Assembly (NCBI GenBank): GCA_032654565.1
Contig: JAULAX010000015.1
Coordinates: 1,056,001 to 1,120,000 of the forward strand
Length of the DNA: 64,000 nt
Origin: Anaeromyxobacteraceae bacterium
GTDB taxonomy: Bacteria; Myxococcota; Myxococcia; Myxococcales; Anaeromyxobacteraceae
Reading direction: 5' to 3'
The notes under the pieces are model-generated. The model had not been told where the DNA came from. It did no database searches and worked only from the letters and a program-made list of their open reading frames with translations. Numbering within the stretch: position 1 is the first letter of the stretch; every line of letters begins with the position of its first letter. Both the position numbers and the translations under genes were made by a program. This document shows positions 62,626 to 64,000 of the stretch, piece by piece.

Positions 62626-63525
62626 GTGACCGCCCTGCGCCCCCTCGGCACCACCGGCCTCCTCGTGCCCGTCCTCGGGCTGGGGGCCGGCCCGCTCGGC
62701 GACGCCCGGCTGCCTGAGGCGGAGGCCGAGCGGCTGCTCCACGGCGCCCTCGACCTCGGGGTGACGCTGGTGGACACCGCTCCGAGCTACGGGCTCTCCG
62801 AGGAGCGGATCGGCCGCCACCTGGCGGGGCGGCGCGCCGGGTTCGTGCTCTGCACCAAGGTGGGCTACGGCGTGGAGGGGGAGGCCGACTGGACCGGCGC
62901 CTGCGTGCGGCGCGGCGTCGACCAGGCCCTGCGCCGGCTGCGCACCGACGTCATCGACGTGGTGCTGCTCCACTCCTGCGGGCCGGAGCTGGTGCGCGAC
63001 GAGCCGATCCTGGCGGCGCTCGACGAGGCGCAGCGGGCCGGCAAGCTGCGGGTGGCCGGGTACTCGGGCGAGGGCGAGGCGCTGGCGGCGGCGCTGGCCT
63101 CGGGCCGCTTCGGGGCGGTGGAGTGCTCGGTCAACCTGTGCGACCAGCGCGGCCTCGACGAGGCGCTGCCGACGGCCGGGGCGCGGGGGCTCGGCGTGCT
63201 GGCCAAGCGGGCGCTGGCCAACTCGCCCTGGCGCCACGCCGGGCGGCCGGTGGGGCAGTACGTCGAGCCCTACTGGGAGCGCTGGCAGGCCATGGGGCTC
63301 GAGGCGGCGGGGCCGGAGACCGCCGGGCTCACCTGGGACGAGCTGGCGCTCCGCTTCGCGGCCTGGGCGCCGGGCGTCGCCTGCGCGCTGGTCGGGACCG
63401 GCAGCCTCGACCACCTGCGCCGGAACGTGGCGCTGGCGGCGCGCGGACCGCTTCCGGCCGGGCAGGTGGAGGCGCTCCGCGCCCACTTCAGGGCGCACGA
63501 CCAGGGGTGGGTGGGGCAGGTGTGA
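62626..63525 (+). CDS. Aldo/keto reductase
   Basis: LGTTGL, DTAPSYGLSEE.IG, TKVG, LLHS; GTG 7 nt after TAGGCT. Confidence 0.9.
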   Translation: MTALRPLGTTGLLVPVLGLGAGPLGDARLPEAEAERLLHGALDLGVTLVDTAPSYGLSEERIGRHLAGRRAGFVLCTKVGYGVEGEADWTGACVRRGVDQALRRLRTDVIDVVLLHSCGPELVRDEPILAALDEAQRAGKLRVAGYSGEGEALAAALASGRFGAVECSVNLCDQRGLDEALPTAGARGLGVLAKRALANSPWRHAGRPVGQYVEPYWERWQAMGLEAAGPETAGLTWDELALRFAAWAPGVACALVGTGSLDHLRRNVALAARGPLPAGQVEALRAHFRAHDQGWVGQV

Positions 63526-63530
63526 CGGGC

Positions 63531-64000
63531 TCAGCCGGCGGCGGCGGCGGACGGCTCGATGGTGACGCGGACCAGCTTCCCCTCCCGCGCCGTCGAGACC
63601 AGCAGGGACAGCGACCGGTCGCTGCGCTTGAGCGTGGCCGGGACGCGGTCCAGCCCCTCACCGGTCCGGTGGGTCTGCATCACCGAGTTGCGGATGGTGC
63701 AGGTGGAGCAGTGCACGGTCCTGCCGCAGCCCTCGGGGAGCCGGGAGTGGGCGCACTCCATGGCCTCGCCGCCGAGGAGACCCACCAGCTCGGCGGGTGG
63801 GCGGCCGAACAGGTCGGAGGCGGGCTGGTTGACGGCCACCAGCCGCATGGCGTCCTCGACCATGATCACCGGGAAGGCGAAGCGCTCCAGGTACTCGCCC
63901 CAGGTCATGCCCTTCCACTGGGCGCCGAAGTAGTCGCCGCAGGGCGGGCACATCCCGTGGGAGACGCTGCCGTCGGAGAGCGGCGGCTTGTTCCCCATGT
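63531..64000 (-). CDS. PAS-like domain protein with Cys motifs, probably 5' partial
   Basis: SHGMCPPC, 'GLLGGEAMEC', 'GCG.TVHCSTCTIR'. Confidence 0.65.
   Translation of the reverse strand, partial: MGNKPPLSDGSVSHGMCPPCGDYFGAQWKGMTWGEYLERFAFPVIMVEDAMRLVAVNQPASDLFGRPPAELVGLLGGEAMECAHSRLPEGCGRTVHCSTCTIRNSVMQTHRTGEGLDRVPATLKRSDRSLSLLVSTAREGKLVRVTIEPSAAAAG

Overview
Very GC-rich bacterial chromosomal window; gene content and style suggest an Anaeromyxobacter-like myxobacterium (inference). No rRNA, tRNA, CRISPR array or transposase was recognised. Contents in order: partial Ig/Kelch surface protein; ECF sigma factor with a degenerate Ser/Thr kinase; MarR-controlled LolD/FtsX/LolA-like export operon; REP-flanked small ORF with a candidate UGA/SECIS (possible selenoprotein); maeB; CLC-F fluoride exporter; Tat-lipoprotein/amidase/PlsC/LarA-like cluster; CarH-like B12 regulator with an 11-bp repeat operator; [NiFe]-hydrogenase maturation operon with divergent hemerythrin; catalytically degenerate M1 peptidase, beta-carbonic anhydrase, kinase-pseudocyclase and cyclase; ettA; topA; an accessory/defence-like region (44.4-51.5 kb: two HNH proteins, frameshifted lipocalin, HipA/YjjJ, NERD-helicase); S9 peptidase; hybrid kinase; ICL2-type isocitrate lyase; ADP-ribosylglycohydrolase; hemH and others. 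Many genes look leaderless. Best leads: the candidate small selenoprotein, the kinase-pseudocyclase/cyclase pair, the ECF/pseudokinase module sharing a GTCAC-N15-CGGTC motif, a perfect 34-bp palindrome inside an HNH gene, and a Tat lipoprotein coupled to an amidase. All calls come from reading the sequence by eye; no searches were run.
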